Assembly: GCA_043810775.1 (NCBI GenBank)
Contig: JBDRNU010000010.1
Location: forward strand, 1-44,907
Direction: 5' to 3'
DNA from: an archaeon
GTDB taxonomy: Archaea; Nanobdellota; Nanobdellia; Pacearchaeales; GW2011-AR1
Length of the DNA stretch: 44,907 bases
In this document: piece after piece, positions 19,125 to 28,264 of the stretch
Numbering within the stretch: the first letter of the stretch is position 1
Layout: every line of letters starts with the position of its first letter
The notes under the pieces: generated by a model
The model's input: only the letters and a program-made list of their open reading frames with translations
Told to the model about the DNA's origin: nothing
Database searches by the model: none
Program-made: the position numbers and the translations under genes

Positions 19125-20288
19125 TTACCCTCTAGGATCTTCAATCCTATTAAGAAATATTAAAGAGCCTGTTTCATTATCAACTACCATTTCCAAAAAA
19201 GGCCTGTCAGCTACAAATTCAACTGGTCTATCCATACTAGCACATAATCTTGCTACTGCAAAACCAGTTGCAGCAGCTCCCTCAGAGCCCTCTTCATCTG
19301 TTTTAAAGTAAGTCTGATGAACTCCCTTACTAACACATAATGGTCCTTCTCCAATGCCACTCAAATCAGCTCTCTTAAATGAGAATATTCTCTCAATTCC
19401 CATATCCATAAATGGCTCATTTAGAACATAATTTCCCCTAATCTCATGCCTTGGTATTTCTAATCTTCCAAACTCCTTTTCTCTAAGCATATCATATAAA
19501 TCACTAAAGCTCTTTCGGCTATTCCCTAATTTTTCTTCTAAATCCTTCACACTAGTTCCCCTAGGGGACAACATAATCATTTTTGATAATTTATATCCTT
19601 CATATGGAAGTGATACCATCTGCACTCCATCAATCTCTCCATACTTGAATTTAGGAGATCTTTCTCCCACTATCCTACCTTTTTTCATCATATCCACTTC
19701 AACTCTCTCTCCACCTGATAAAGTAAATTTTTCTTTTCTGGTGTGCTCAGGATTAAATTTATTTTCCCACGGAGCCTTAAAATATAGTGCATTTGCAAGA
19801 ACAAGAACAGTTAATGGATTCATTGAACCAGCAGAAAATAACTCTGGAATTTTTCCTTCAGTCTGATCACTAACCCAATGATTTATTCTTGCTCTTTGTA
19901 CTTCATAATTTCTTTCAAAATCTACATTTTCAACCTGAGCCCTATAATTTCCTAAATTATCTTTAAAGTCAGGAAGAATACTGTATTTATTATCAAACCA
20001 AACACCATTTGCACATCTCAATTTGTATTGTTCAGATACTGGATTAAGAATACTGATAAGTTGTTTAAATCCTTCATGCCTTAAATAAGGATCTTCAGGA
20101 ATAAAAGCTACATCTGCAATTTGTTTAGCTGTATCTCCTTTAGCACCTTCATACAGCATAGATAAGGCAGTTCTAACACTTAAAGGCGAAATTGGAACAT
20201 TACCCTCCCCTAAATTTGACATTAAAGAAAGCCCAAAAGCTAAATCTCCTTTTGCTAACTCTCTTCCATAATTTTTATTAGTGCTCAT
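19125..20288 (-). CDS. Serpin (serine protease inhibitor)
   Basis: ISPLSV..LSMLYEGAKGDT, INHWV..TEGKI, LANALYFKAPW, hinge EEGSEGAAAT, FVADRPF. Confidence 0.96.
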   Translation of the reverse strand: MSTNKNYGRELAKGDLAFGLSLMSNLGEGNVPISPLSVRTALSMLYEGAKGDTAKQIADVAFIPEDPYLRHEGFKQLISILNPVSEQYKLRCANGVWFDNKYSILPDFKDNLGNYRAQVENVDFERNYEVQRARINHWVSDQTEGKIPELFSAGSMNPLTVLVLANALYFKAPWENKFNPEHTRKEKFTLSGGERVEVDMMKKGRIVGERSPKFKYGEIDGVQMVSLPYEGYKLSKMIMLSPRGTSVKDLEEKLGNSRKSFSDLYDMLREKEFGRLEIPRHEIRGNYVLNEPFMDMGIERIFSFKRADLSGIGEGPLCVSKGVHQTYFKTDEEGSEGAAATGFAVARLCASMDRPVEFVADRPFLEMVVDNETGSLIFLNRIEDPRG

Positions 20289-20353
20289 TTTAACTACTTG
20301 ATTTTAATGAGAACTAATAAAATAAGAACTATATAAATATTTTGGTTTATTTG

Positions 20354-23300
20354 CTACTCTAAAATTACTTCACCAGTCAAAACTTTCTTACTTGACAAAA
20401 TAGCATTTCCAGTTCCAATTGAACCCTCATCTTCAAGCATACTCTCCATATAATCTTGCTTCATCTCATCGCACTCTTCACCCTCGCATTCAGGCTTATC
20501 CTCATCTAAATCCCCCATTTTAAATACAAATGCTTTCATCAAGCTTTTAGCTTCACTCTCAGAACTTTCTGGAGTAACTTTAGCATCACTAATCATACTT
20601 CTAACTTTAAAATACATTTTCACGCCATTTTTCACATTATTAAATGATTCTTTTACATCACCTTTATTACTATCCCAAGGTGGCCTTTCTAGTCTAGTTC
20701 CCTGCATTTCTTTTTCCTCCATATAAATCAAATCATATAAATCAGCAAAGTCAAGCTCAATCCTTACATCTTCCTTAGGAACTTGTTCAGGTAGCATAGG
20801 CTTGGCAATAAAAATATCTTCTTCATTAATCTTAGCATAAACATTAAAAACTACTTCATTAGTATCATAATCGATAAATCTTACAACTGCACTAACCTCT
20901 CCATTATAATCTTCTGTTGCTTTTCTTATTTTTTTCATAAATCCTTCGTCTTGTTTTATAATTTCTCTTTCTTCATCAGTCAATCCATCCTGTTTGTCTC
21001 TTTCTATTTTGTCCTCAGGCTTTCCAGGAAACTCTCCAGTTTCCATTGCTTTTTTCATCTCCAGTACAATAAATTCCTTGGGTGGAAAAATCCATATTTT
21101 CATATATGGGGAGATTAACAGCCTTTCATCTTTTGTTCCAGGCAATTCAGCTGTCTTTATTTCTTCCCAAAATTCTAAGCTCCCAAATTCAGACTCGTAT
21201 TTAACACTAATAAGATTATTACTTGGCAATTCATTATTGCCTACACACTTGCCTAACTCTGCAATTCTTCTTGAAAGTTCAACATCTTTCCAGTAAAGTT
21301 CATATATTCCTGAAACATGAGCTTCCCAGTCTTCAGCTGAATTAGCTAAATACTTTTCAAATATCCATTTTACAAACTCGTCATTAAAACCTTTTTCAAA
21401 TTCTGCCCTCTGCTTTATCAAGTTTTCATATTCTTGCTTGCACCAGTCATCCTGTCCTCCAGTATAATATTGATTTTTAATTTCCTCAATACCTTTAAAA
21501 GGATCACCCCACCCCCCAAAATAAATAAAACCCTCTGTCTTTGATTGGGATGTTCTGCACATTCCACCAACCTTAAACACTCCTTTTTCCATCATTTGAG
21601 CTTCTTGCTCTTGAAAATTATCTTCTTTTTTATCATCTTTATATTCATTATCATAATTATCTTCGTGTCTTTCTTCATCATAATTATTATTATACTCTTG
21701 ATTATTATTATCTTGTTCATAATTATTAATCTCCTCCCCAGAATAAGATTCTTCATCCCCCTCAATATCTATTACAGCATTATTCTCATCACTAACCTCT
21801 CCAGAGTCATAATCCTCTCCTCTATCACCAGATTCACTAGAACTAGAATCATCTCCGCTAGATTCACCACTATCACTTGGCTCGCTACTAGAATCATCTT
21901 GAAGCAACTGAATAGCATATCCTGTAACACTTCTTAATAATCTAAAAGCTGTCGTCTCAACCTCTCCATCATCACTAGATTCACTAGAACTAGAATCACC
22001 CCCTCCTGAATCTTCACTAGCAGGTGGAAAACTACTAGATTCGCCAGAGTCGTCATCTCCAATTCTCTCTTCTTGCATTTCCTCTCCACTATCATCATCT
22101 CCAGAGTCATCATTTCCTCTTCTTTCATCTGCTTGATCATCATCTCCATGCCCTCCACTAACTTCTTGACTTTCTTCTCTTTGAGGAATAGTCACACACT
22201 CACCATTACTGCAAACATCATTTTCACCACCACAATCATCTCTAACATAACACTCATGACTAACTTCAGGTTCGCTTACTATTCTTTCTTCAATCTCTTG
22301 CCCAGCTTCACCACCTTCACCACCTTCTCCACTCCCTAAAATAACTGAACAACTTGCTCCTGTTTCCCTCCATACACCTTCATCACAAATCTCAGAAATC
22401 ACTTCTTCTCCACCCTGACAATTCTGCCTTTTTTCCTGCCCAGAATTACATTGCGCTTCTTCACACCCACTTATTTGTACTGTTTTACACCCCCCTTCAA
22501 CACATTCAGCTACTCCACATAAAGGCTGGTTGCAATCTTCATTGCTTGAACAAGTTTGATTTTCTTCAATACATATAGGTTCAAGTGGACATCCATTTTC
22601 ATCTTCTCCAGAAAATATAACTCTTCCATTGCACTCAACAGCTTCATAGACCATACAAGAAGAACAATCTTCTAAACAACTTTCAGATTCATTGCCTTCA
22701 CATACATGATTACCGCAAATAGCTTCCTGAATTTGAACAATCTCCTCTCCAACTTGGCAAATTCCCTGAATACAATAATAATCTTTTATTTCAGTCCTGC
22801 TGCTATTGCCATCACTAACACTAACTTCTCCTGCACCACAAATTTTTCCAGCACATTGGTCATCAGAACAGTCTGTTTTCTCATCCTTATTATCATCTAT
22901 ATTATTATTGCATATTTCCTGCCCAAACTCTATAAATTCCTCAACTAATCTTTTTTCAAATTCTATTTGTGTATAATAAAACTCTTTTTTCTCATAGCTA
23001 GAAAATAATCCTTCATAAAAAGATTTTCTCTTTTCATAATTTGCCTGCCTAATTTCTTTTTCTTTTTCTTTTTTTAGATTTTCAAATTGCATCCAGTCAT
23101 CCTGAGATGATTGGCCTTGCTGCATTGATTCAGCTTGTCCTCTCATCATATCATCAACTTCTTGCCAGACATTATTTGCTTTTTCATTCCAGGCATTATT
23201 AATTACTTGCAATTTCATATTTTGTTTTAGTTCACCATTTTCAAGTTCTTGCTTGTAGTTTTCAATCTCACTTCTTATTGCCTGCTCAAATTGAGAATCA

Positions 23301-24166
23301 CTATAATCTTTATACTGGCTCATTGAAACTTTTTCAGTTTCTCCTGATCTTTTATCGCCAAATCCCCTGCTTTCAACCCAAGAATTCATGCTTATCCAGT
23401 TCCACTCGCATTCCTCACACATTTCAAGCCTTAAAATAGCCTCAAAATCTTCTTCCTCATAAAAGCTGATTTCTTGAACTAATAGCTTCTGGCTCGGCAC
23501 CTGGTTCTCAAATCCAAACACGCTTTTCATAGTTTCTTCGCATTTGTCTCCTTTTTGCCTTAAATACGGCTCAAACATTCTTTCTGCCAGTACACTTTCC
23601 TTAGCCAGTAATTCAGCATTTTCGCTAGTTGGATTTAAATTATAGCTCATTGCCAGCTCTTGGATATCACTTATTTTACCGCGAATGTCAAGCTGTTCTT
23701 CTGGCTTCTTAAATTGAACATCAACATTTAGTCTGTAAACTAGAATTTCCTCTCCAGTCTTTTTCTTAAACAAATTTGGCCAGGAGCCTATAAAAATCTG
23801 AATTTCTTTCCCATCATAAATTATTTTATGCCAAGCTGGAACTTCTTCATCCATTTTTTTCTCGCGGTCCTCATTTTCCACCCACACCCACCTTGTCTCC
23901 TCAATCGGCTCTCCTAAAACTTTTCTTATTTCTTCCTGCTTTAAAACTCCCCCCATTTCCTGATTCGTAGCTCCCAAAACTTCATTCATTTTTTGCCTCA
24001 CATAACTTGAGTAAATTACAAACTGTACATAATCAATATTTCCAGATTCATAATCTTGGGCATAACTTACCAGCTTCTGAATTTCTATATCAATTGAAGC
24101 AGCAGAAACTAAAGAGCAAGCTAAAAAAATAAATAAGAAAAACACTACTAAACCTCTTTTTTTCAT
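20354..24166 (-). CDS. Large secreted acidic Cys-rich protein (1270 aa)
   Basis: Signal peptide MKKRGLVVFFLFIFLACSLVSA; Cys modules CNNNIDDNKDEKTDCSDDQC and CGNHVCE..SCLEDC; D/E/S low-complexity tract. Confidence 0.85.
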   Translation of the reverse strand: MKKRGLVVFFLFIFLACSLVSAASIDIEIQKLVSYAQDYESGNIDYVQFVIYSSYVRQKMNEVLGATNQEMGGVLKQEEIRKVLGEPIEETRWVWVENEDREKKMDEEVPAWHKIIYDGKEIQIFIGSWPNLFKKKTGEEILVYRLNVDVQFKKPEEQLDIRGKISDIQELAMSYNLNPTSENAELLAKESVLAERMFEPYLRQKGDKCEETMKSVFGFENQVPSQKLLVQEISFYEEEDFEAILRLEMCEECEWNWISMNSWVESRGFGDKRSGETEKVSMSQYKDYSDSQFEQAIRSEIENYKQELENGELKQNMKLQVINNAWNEKANNVWQEVDDMMRGQAESMQQGQSSQDDWMQFENLKKEKEKEIRQANYEKRKSFYEGLFSSYEKKEFYYTQIEFEKRLVEEFIEFGQEICNNNIDDNKDEKTDCSDDQCAGKICGAGEVSVSDGNSSRTEIKDYYCIQGICQVGEEIVQIQEAICGNHVCEGNESESCLEDCSSCMVYEAVECNGRVIFSGEDENGCPLEPICIEENQTCSSNEDCNQPLCGVAECVEGGCKTVQISGCEEAQCNSGQEKRQNCQGGEEVISEICDEGVWRETGASCSVILGSGEGGEGGEAGQEIEERIVSEPEVSHECYVRDDCGGENDVCSNGECVTIPQREESQEVSGGHGDDDQADERRGNDDSGDDDSGEEMQEERIGDDDSGESSSFPPASEDSGGGDSSSSESSDDGEVETTAFRLLRSVTGYAIQLLQDDSSSEPSDSGESSGDDSSSSESGDRGEDYDSGEVSDENNAVIDIEGDEESYSGEEINNYEQDNNNQEYNNNYDEERHEDNYDNEYKDDKKEDNFQEQEAQMMEKGVFKVGGMCRTSQSKTEGFIYFGGWGDPFKGIEEIKNQYYTGGQDDWCKQEYENLIKQRAEFEKGFNDEFVKWIFEKYLANSAEDWEAHVSGIYELYWKDVELSRRIAELGKCVGNNELPSNNLISVKYESEFGSLEFWEEIKTAELPGTKDERLLISPYMKIWIFPPKEFIVLEMKKAMETGEFPGKPEDKIERDKQDGLTDEEREIIKQDEGFMKKIRKATEDYNGEVSAVVRFIDYDTNEVVFNVYAKINEEDIFIAKPMLPEQVPKEDVRIELDFADLYDLIYMEEKEMQGTRLERPPWDSNKGDVKESFNNVKNGVKMYFKVRSMISDAKVTPESSESEAKSLMKAFVFKMGDLDEDKPECEGEECDEMKQDYMESMLEDEGSIGTGNAILSSKKVLTGEVILE

Positions 24167-24209
24167 TATAAAAACAATAAAATATACTTTAAATATTTAA
24201 CCTCTAAAC

Positions 24210-25013
24210 TTATTCCACTCCAAAATAATCATCAATGTCACAACTAATTTCTAAACCAGTTCTTCTTACAAAACTGGAATTATCTCTATGACCTGAAGGA
24301 ATAATTCCTGTAATACCTCTTCCCTCTTGGGGCAATGTAGTGCCATAAGGCATAAGTGCAACAACTCTACATCCCTCATTCTCAACCTTTTCTAAAAAAT
24401 AATTATATAATTCTCTATTATTACTAAAAGGAGATTTCCAGCTACTCACAATCAGAATTCCCCTATAATTTCCAATTTCTCGAATATCATATCTTGAAAC
24501 TTCAGTTAAAATCTCTGAATCACACGCCCTATTACAATAAGTTCTAAGTAATCTCATAAATCCTTGAGCTTTTTCAGGACCGATAAATAAGTATCCTTCT
24601 TCAATCCTGTCTTGATTTATTTCATCTGCCTTTCCTAGCTTCCTTGCAATTTCCTCAGCTAATCCTGAAGGATTATTTCTATGAGCTATAAAGCGATAGT
24701 CAAGTTTCCGTTTCCTAATCCTTTCAGGCAAAGGATATGGCAAGCAAGCAGATGCAACTTTCGTTCCAACATCACTAGCTACTCTTAAAAATTGAAAATA
24801 ATCATCTTCACTGCCGTTAAAAACAGGTTCCTGCCTTCCAACTAAAACAGCTAAATCAACACTATCCCAATCTAAATAAGGATTATGATGAAAAGAAACC
24901 CACATATCTTCATAAAGAAATCCATACTCATAAAGCTCTCTCCTAACATCCTGAATAAACTCTTCCTGCTTTCCATCAGCTAAAAAAAGAACTTTCTTAT
25001 CCATACTGTTCAC
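24210..25013 (-). CDS. Hypothetical protein with two similar alpha/beta domains
   Basis: Internal similarity between the two halves; probable ATG start at 25004. Confidence 0.7.
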   Translation of the reverse strand: MNSMDKKVLFLADGKQEEFIQDVRRELYEYGFLYEDMWVSFHHNPYLDWDSVDLAVLVGRQEPVFNGSEDDYFQFLRVASDVGTKVASACLPYPLPERIRKRKLDYRFIAHRNNPSGLAEEIARKLGKADEINQDRIEEGYLFIGPEKAQGFMRLLRTYCNRACDSEILTEVSRYDIREIGNYRGILIVSSWKSPFSNNRELYNYFLEKVENEGCRVVALMPYGTTLPQEGRGITGIIPSGHRDNSSFVRRTGLEISCDIDDYFGVE

Positions 25014-25102
25014 CTAATTTTAATATTTATAAACATTTTTATATTATAAAATAACTATCAATCACTCTTGAAGCTAATTCAGGGTAAGCTTAAAAGAAAA
25101 TC

Positions 25103-25151
25103 TCAGAAAACTTTGGTTTCTGATGACTGTCAGAATTCTAAAGAATTCTGA
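25103..25151. repeat. Tandem palindromic hairpin element
   Basis: TCAGAAA-actttgg-TTTCTGA, a 6-nt spacer, then TCAGAATTC-taaa-GAATTCTGA; lies directly 3' of the rhomboid gene. Confidence 0.75.
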
Positions 25152-25156
25152 AGCCG

Positions 25157-25777
25157 TTAGGTGTTCTTTAATAGGTATCTATCTTCCCAAAGCCTAATTC
25201 CCTGTTCAGGAATCTCAACTCTGGGCATCTTCTTTTTTCTCCTGATTTTACTCTTAAAGTAAATTCCAAATATTAATCCAATAGCTAATCCAGATAAATG
25301 CGCAAAATTTCCAATTCCTCCCTGTCCATATCCAAAAGCTCCAAGTACATCACCAATAGTCCATAAAAAAGAAGCAATAATCAAGGGCATTGGAACAGAA
25401 AAAGCCCATACAGGCATACCTGGTCTAATTACAGTCAAAGCTCCAATCACACCCATTATTGCTCCACTAGCTCCTAAGCTTGAGCTATAAAAATTAACTG
25501 AAAACAAGTTAGCTAAAATACCAGAAACAAAAAATATAGCTAAAAAATTCTTCCAACCTATAAATTTCTCTAAAATCAATCCAAAAAGTAATAAAGCAAA
25601 CAAGTTAAAAACAAGATGAGTCAAGCTTCCATGCAAAAATATTGCTGTAATCAATCTCCAGGGCTGAGAATATGACAGCTGATTTAACACAAAAACATCA
25701 GTAAACCCGGGAATAATTACTTGAAAAATAAATACACCAATAATAAACAAGCTCATCCACAAAGCAATAAATTTCAT
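25157..25777 (-). CDS. Rhomboid-family intramembrane serine protease
   Basis: PWR, FLHGSLTHLVFN, catalytic GASG, AHLSG; multiple transmembrane helices. Confidence 0.95.
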   Translation of the reverse strand: MKFIALWMSLFIIGVFIFQVIIPGFTDVFVLNQLSYSQPWRLITAIFLHGSLTHLVFNLFALLLFGLILEKFIGWKNFLAIFFVSGILANLFSVNFYSSSLGASGAIMGVIGALTVIRPGMPVWAFSVPMPLIIASFLWTIGDVLGAFGYGQGGIGNFAHLSGLAIGLIFGIYFKSKIRRKKKMPRVEIPEQGIRLWEDRYLLKNT

Positions 25778-25896
25778 AAAATCAAAACATTTTTAAAGTA
25801 TTAAAATCTTCTCAAAATATGACAGCTAAAACTAGGGGGCTTCCCCATTGTCGAAATTTATGAAGATTTAACTAGCTGTGCTTATTCTGGTAAAAC

Positions 25897-25903
25897 TTAT
25901 AAA
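25897..25903 (+). promoter_or_regulatory. TATA box of tRNA-His
   Basis: AAAAC-TTATAAA 26 nt upstream of the tRNA start. Confidence 0.65.
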
Positions 25904-25928
25904 CTATATTTATCTAAATTAAATACAT

Positions 25929-26058
25929 GGTGGATGTTGTATAATGGTTATTATTTGCGGTTGTGGGGAGTGAGATCGGGAGCGGAAATTCATTTCCAAG
26001 CTATAACGAGCGAGCTCGCGAATTCCGCAAGAAGAGGGTTCGAATCCCTCCTTCCACC
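25929..26058 (+). tRNA. tRNA-His(GTG) with encoded G-1 and a 57-nt intron at 37/38 (25967-26023)
   Basis: Acceptor GTGGATG/CTTCCAC with G-1:C73; anticodon stem TGCGG/CCGCA; GTG at 25963-25965; T arm GAGGG-TTCGAAT-CCCTC; BHB with central helix TTGT/GCGA and outer helix GAGT/GCTC. Confidence 0.95.
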
Positions 26059-26091
26059 CTTCATTCTAAATTCATTTCTTAGGAGGATAAC

Positions 26092-26148
26092 ATGGTAGCT
26101 AAAAATAGCTGTGGTTTAGTTCACAGAGACCTCAGAAATTTACTCTGA
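26092..26148 (+). other. 18-codon mini-ORF with a strong Shine-Dalgarno: either a leader peptide or the out-of-frame 5' end of the PRTase gene
   Basis: AGGAGG at 26081-26086, ATG at 26092, peptide MVAKNSCGLVHRDLRNLL*. Confidence 0.5.
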
Positions 26149-26239
26149 TTTATTCATTTTAGATGATTTAACTCCTTTAGGGGTAAGTCTTCCTTTTGAA
26201 CTTTTAGACACCTTTAAAAAGAAAAAACAACAAGTTTGT

Positions 26240-26830
26240 TTGCTCAATTCTGAAGACCTTGCGCTAGAATTAGCAGTACTTGTAGAAGATTTTAATTCCC
26301 CAGTCTTAGTAGGTAGTGGAGGAGTAATGACCTATACTTTAATGACACGACTAGGGTATAATAAAGACCCTAAGATTATAGGTGTAAAAAGAAAATACAT
26401 TTATGAAAAAGGACAAACTCGTCCAAAAATAAGCTTCTCCGTTAATGGAAACTATGAAGGAAAAAACTTTATTGATGACATAATTGCTAGTGGAGCAACA
26501 ATAAGTCAGTTTGGAGAAAATCTAAGATGTGCCTCACTCCTTCTAAGCTCTCAAACAAGGGGAGAATACCGAACAAAACAAGGAAGTACAATTAAATCAG
26601 TAGACGACCTTTTTGTAATTCAAAGAGTTAATTCTAGACAAGGATTTCCAGCAATTTTTTCTTCAAGATTCCTCGTGAAACAAATCAGAGATAACCCAGA
26701 GTATATGAAATATGTATCTAAATATGCAGACACACTTCTACTAACAGAAGTGATACAAAATATTGATAGAAAACCATTTGATTTGCTTTATGAAAACCCA
26801 ACAAAATTCATCCAAACTTATGGAGGTTAA
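26240..26830 (+). CDS. Type I phosphoribosyltransferase-like protein (5' end uncertain or frameshifted)
   Basis: PRPP-binding loop FIDDIIASGATI, plus VGSGG and VKR. The frame is open back to 26120 without an ATG. Confidence 0.75.
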   Translation: MLNSEDLALELAVLVEDFNSPVLVGSGGVMTYTLMTRLGYNKDPKIIGVKRKYIYEKGQTRPKISFSVNGNYEGKNFIDDIIASGATISQFGENLRCASLLLSSQTRGEYRTKQGSTIKSVDDLFVIQRVNSRQGFPAIFSSRFLVKQIRDNPEYMKYVSKYADTLLLTEVIQNIDRKPFDLLYENPTKFIQTYGG

Positions 26831-26831
26831 A

Positions 26832-27368
26832 ATGATAAGAATAGGAATAATAGGTCCAAGTGAAAAAAACATAAAACTAAACCAAAAACAAAGAATTGAA
26901 AATATAGCAGAAAAAATAGGAGAACTGCTCGCCCAAAAGCGAGCAGTTATTTTAACTGGAGGTATGGATGGTATAATGGAGTATGTAGCTAAGGGTGCAA
27001 AGAAATTTAATGGTTTAACTATAGGAACTCCAGGAAATAAGAAAAACTCATCAAATCAATATATAGATATAGAAATTCTAAGTGATGTTGATGTAGGAAG
27101 TTTTATTTTTAGTGCTCTTCCAAATTGTGATGCAATAATAACTCTTCCAGGAGGAGCTGGGACTCTTGCAGAATTATGTATAGCTTACAGAAGAAAACTA
27201 CCTATTGTAATAATAAAAGGCTTAGACTTATATTATGATAGTTTAGTAAATAACTACCTAGATAATTCTAAATGTGTGCTTATAAGGGGAGCTTCAAGTC
27301 CAGAAAACGCAGTAGAATTAGTACTTAAACTAGCTAAAGAAAACTTAATAAACCAGAAAAAGATATAA
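26832..27368 (+). CDS. LOG/SLOG-family (TIGR00725-like) Rossmann-fold nucleotide-binding protein
   Basis: IGIIG, LTGGMDGIME..AKGA, PGGAGTLAE. GGAGGT at 26822-26827 supports the ATG at 26832. Confidence 0.88.
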   Translation: MIRIGIIGPSEKNIKLNQKQRIENIAEKIGELLAQKRAVILTGGMDGIMEYVAKGAKKFNGLTIGTPGNKKNSSNQYIDIEILSDVDVGSFIFSALPNCDAIITLPGGAGTLAELCIAYRRKLPIVIIKGLDLYYDSLVNNYLDNSKCVLIRGASSPENAVELVLKLAKENLINQKKI

Positions 27369-27375
27369 GGTTATC

Positions 27376-28251
27376 ATGAAAAATCAAATAAAACTAGGAA
27401 TACCAAAAGGAAGCTTGCAGGAAGCAACAATCAAGCTATTTGGAAAAGCAGGCTTCAATATAATAGTAAATGAACGCTCTTATAAACCATTAGTTGATGA
27501 TGATGAGATCTCCTGTCTTTTAATTAAAGCTAAGGAAATTCCCAAATATGTTGAGAAGGGAGTTCTGGATATAGGTATATCAGGAGAAGATTGTATTTTA
27601 GAAACTAAGTCAGAAGTTGAAGAAATTGAAGAACTGCTATACTCAAAACAAAGATTCAAAAAAGTTAAACTAGTTCTTGCAGTCTCTAAAGACTCTAATA
27701 TTAAATCATTAAAAGACTTGCAGGGTAAAAGAATAGCTACAGAATTTGTAAATATAACTCGCGATTACCTTGAAAAAAACAATGTAAATGCTGAAGTAGA
27801 ATTCTCCTGGGGAGCAACTGAAGTTAAAGTTCCTGCGCTAGTAGATGCAATTTCAGAGCTAACAGAAACAGGCGCATCACTAGAAGCAAATAATCTCAAG
27901 ATAATTGATACTATACTTGAATCTACTACAAAACTAATAGCAAATAAAAGTTCAATGCAAGATTCATGGAAAAAACAAAAAATTAATCAAATATCCACCC
28001 TGCTAAAAGCAGCACTAGATGCAGAAGGAAAAGTAGGGCTAAAAATGAATATTGAAAAGAAAAATCTAGATAAATTAGTAAAAATAATACCTGCTTTAAA
28101 AAACCCTACTATTTCAGACCTTACAAACAAAGATTGGGTAGCAGTAGAAACAATTATTAATGAAGAAATCGTAAGAGAAATAATACCAAAACTAAAAGAG
28201 GTTGGAGCTTCAGGAATAGTTGAATTCCCTTTAAATAAAATAATTCACTAA
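27376..28251 (+). CDS. hisG: ATP phosphoribosyltransferase, long form with C-terminal regulatory domain
   Basis: IPKGSL, DIGISGED, RIATE, SWGATE, TETGASL..N.L, PALKNPTIS. Confidence 0.97.
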   Translation: MKNQIKLGIPKGSLQEATIKLFGKAGFNIIVNERSYKPLVDDDEISCLLIKAKEIPKYVEKGVLDIGISGEDCILETKSEVEEIEELLYSKQRFKKVKLVLAVSKDSNIKSLKDLQGKRIATEFVNITRDYLEKNNVNAEVEFSWGATEVKVPALVDAISELTETGASLEANNLKIIDTILESTTKLIANKSSMQDSWKKQKINQISTLLKAALDAEGKVGLKMNIEKKNLDKLVKIIPALKNPTISDLTNKDWVAVETIINEEIVREIIPKLKEVGASGIVEFPLNKIIH

Positions 28252-28264
28252 AAGAGGCAAGAAA

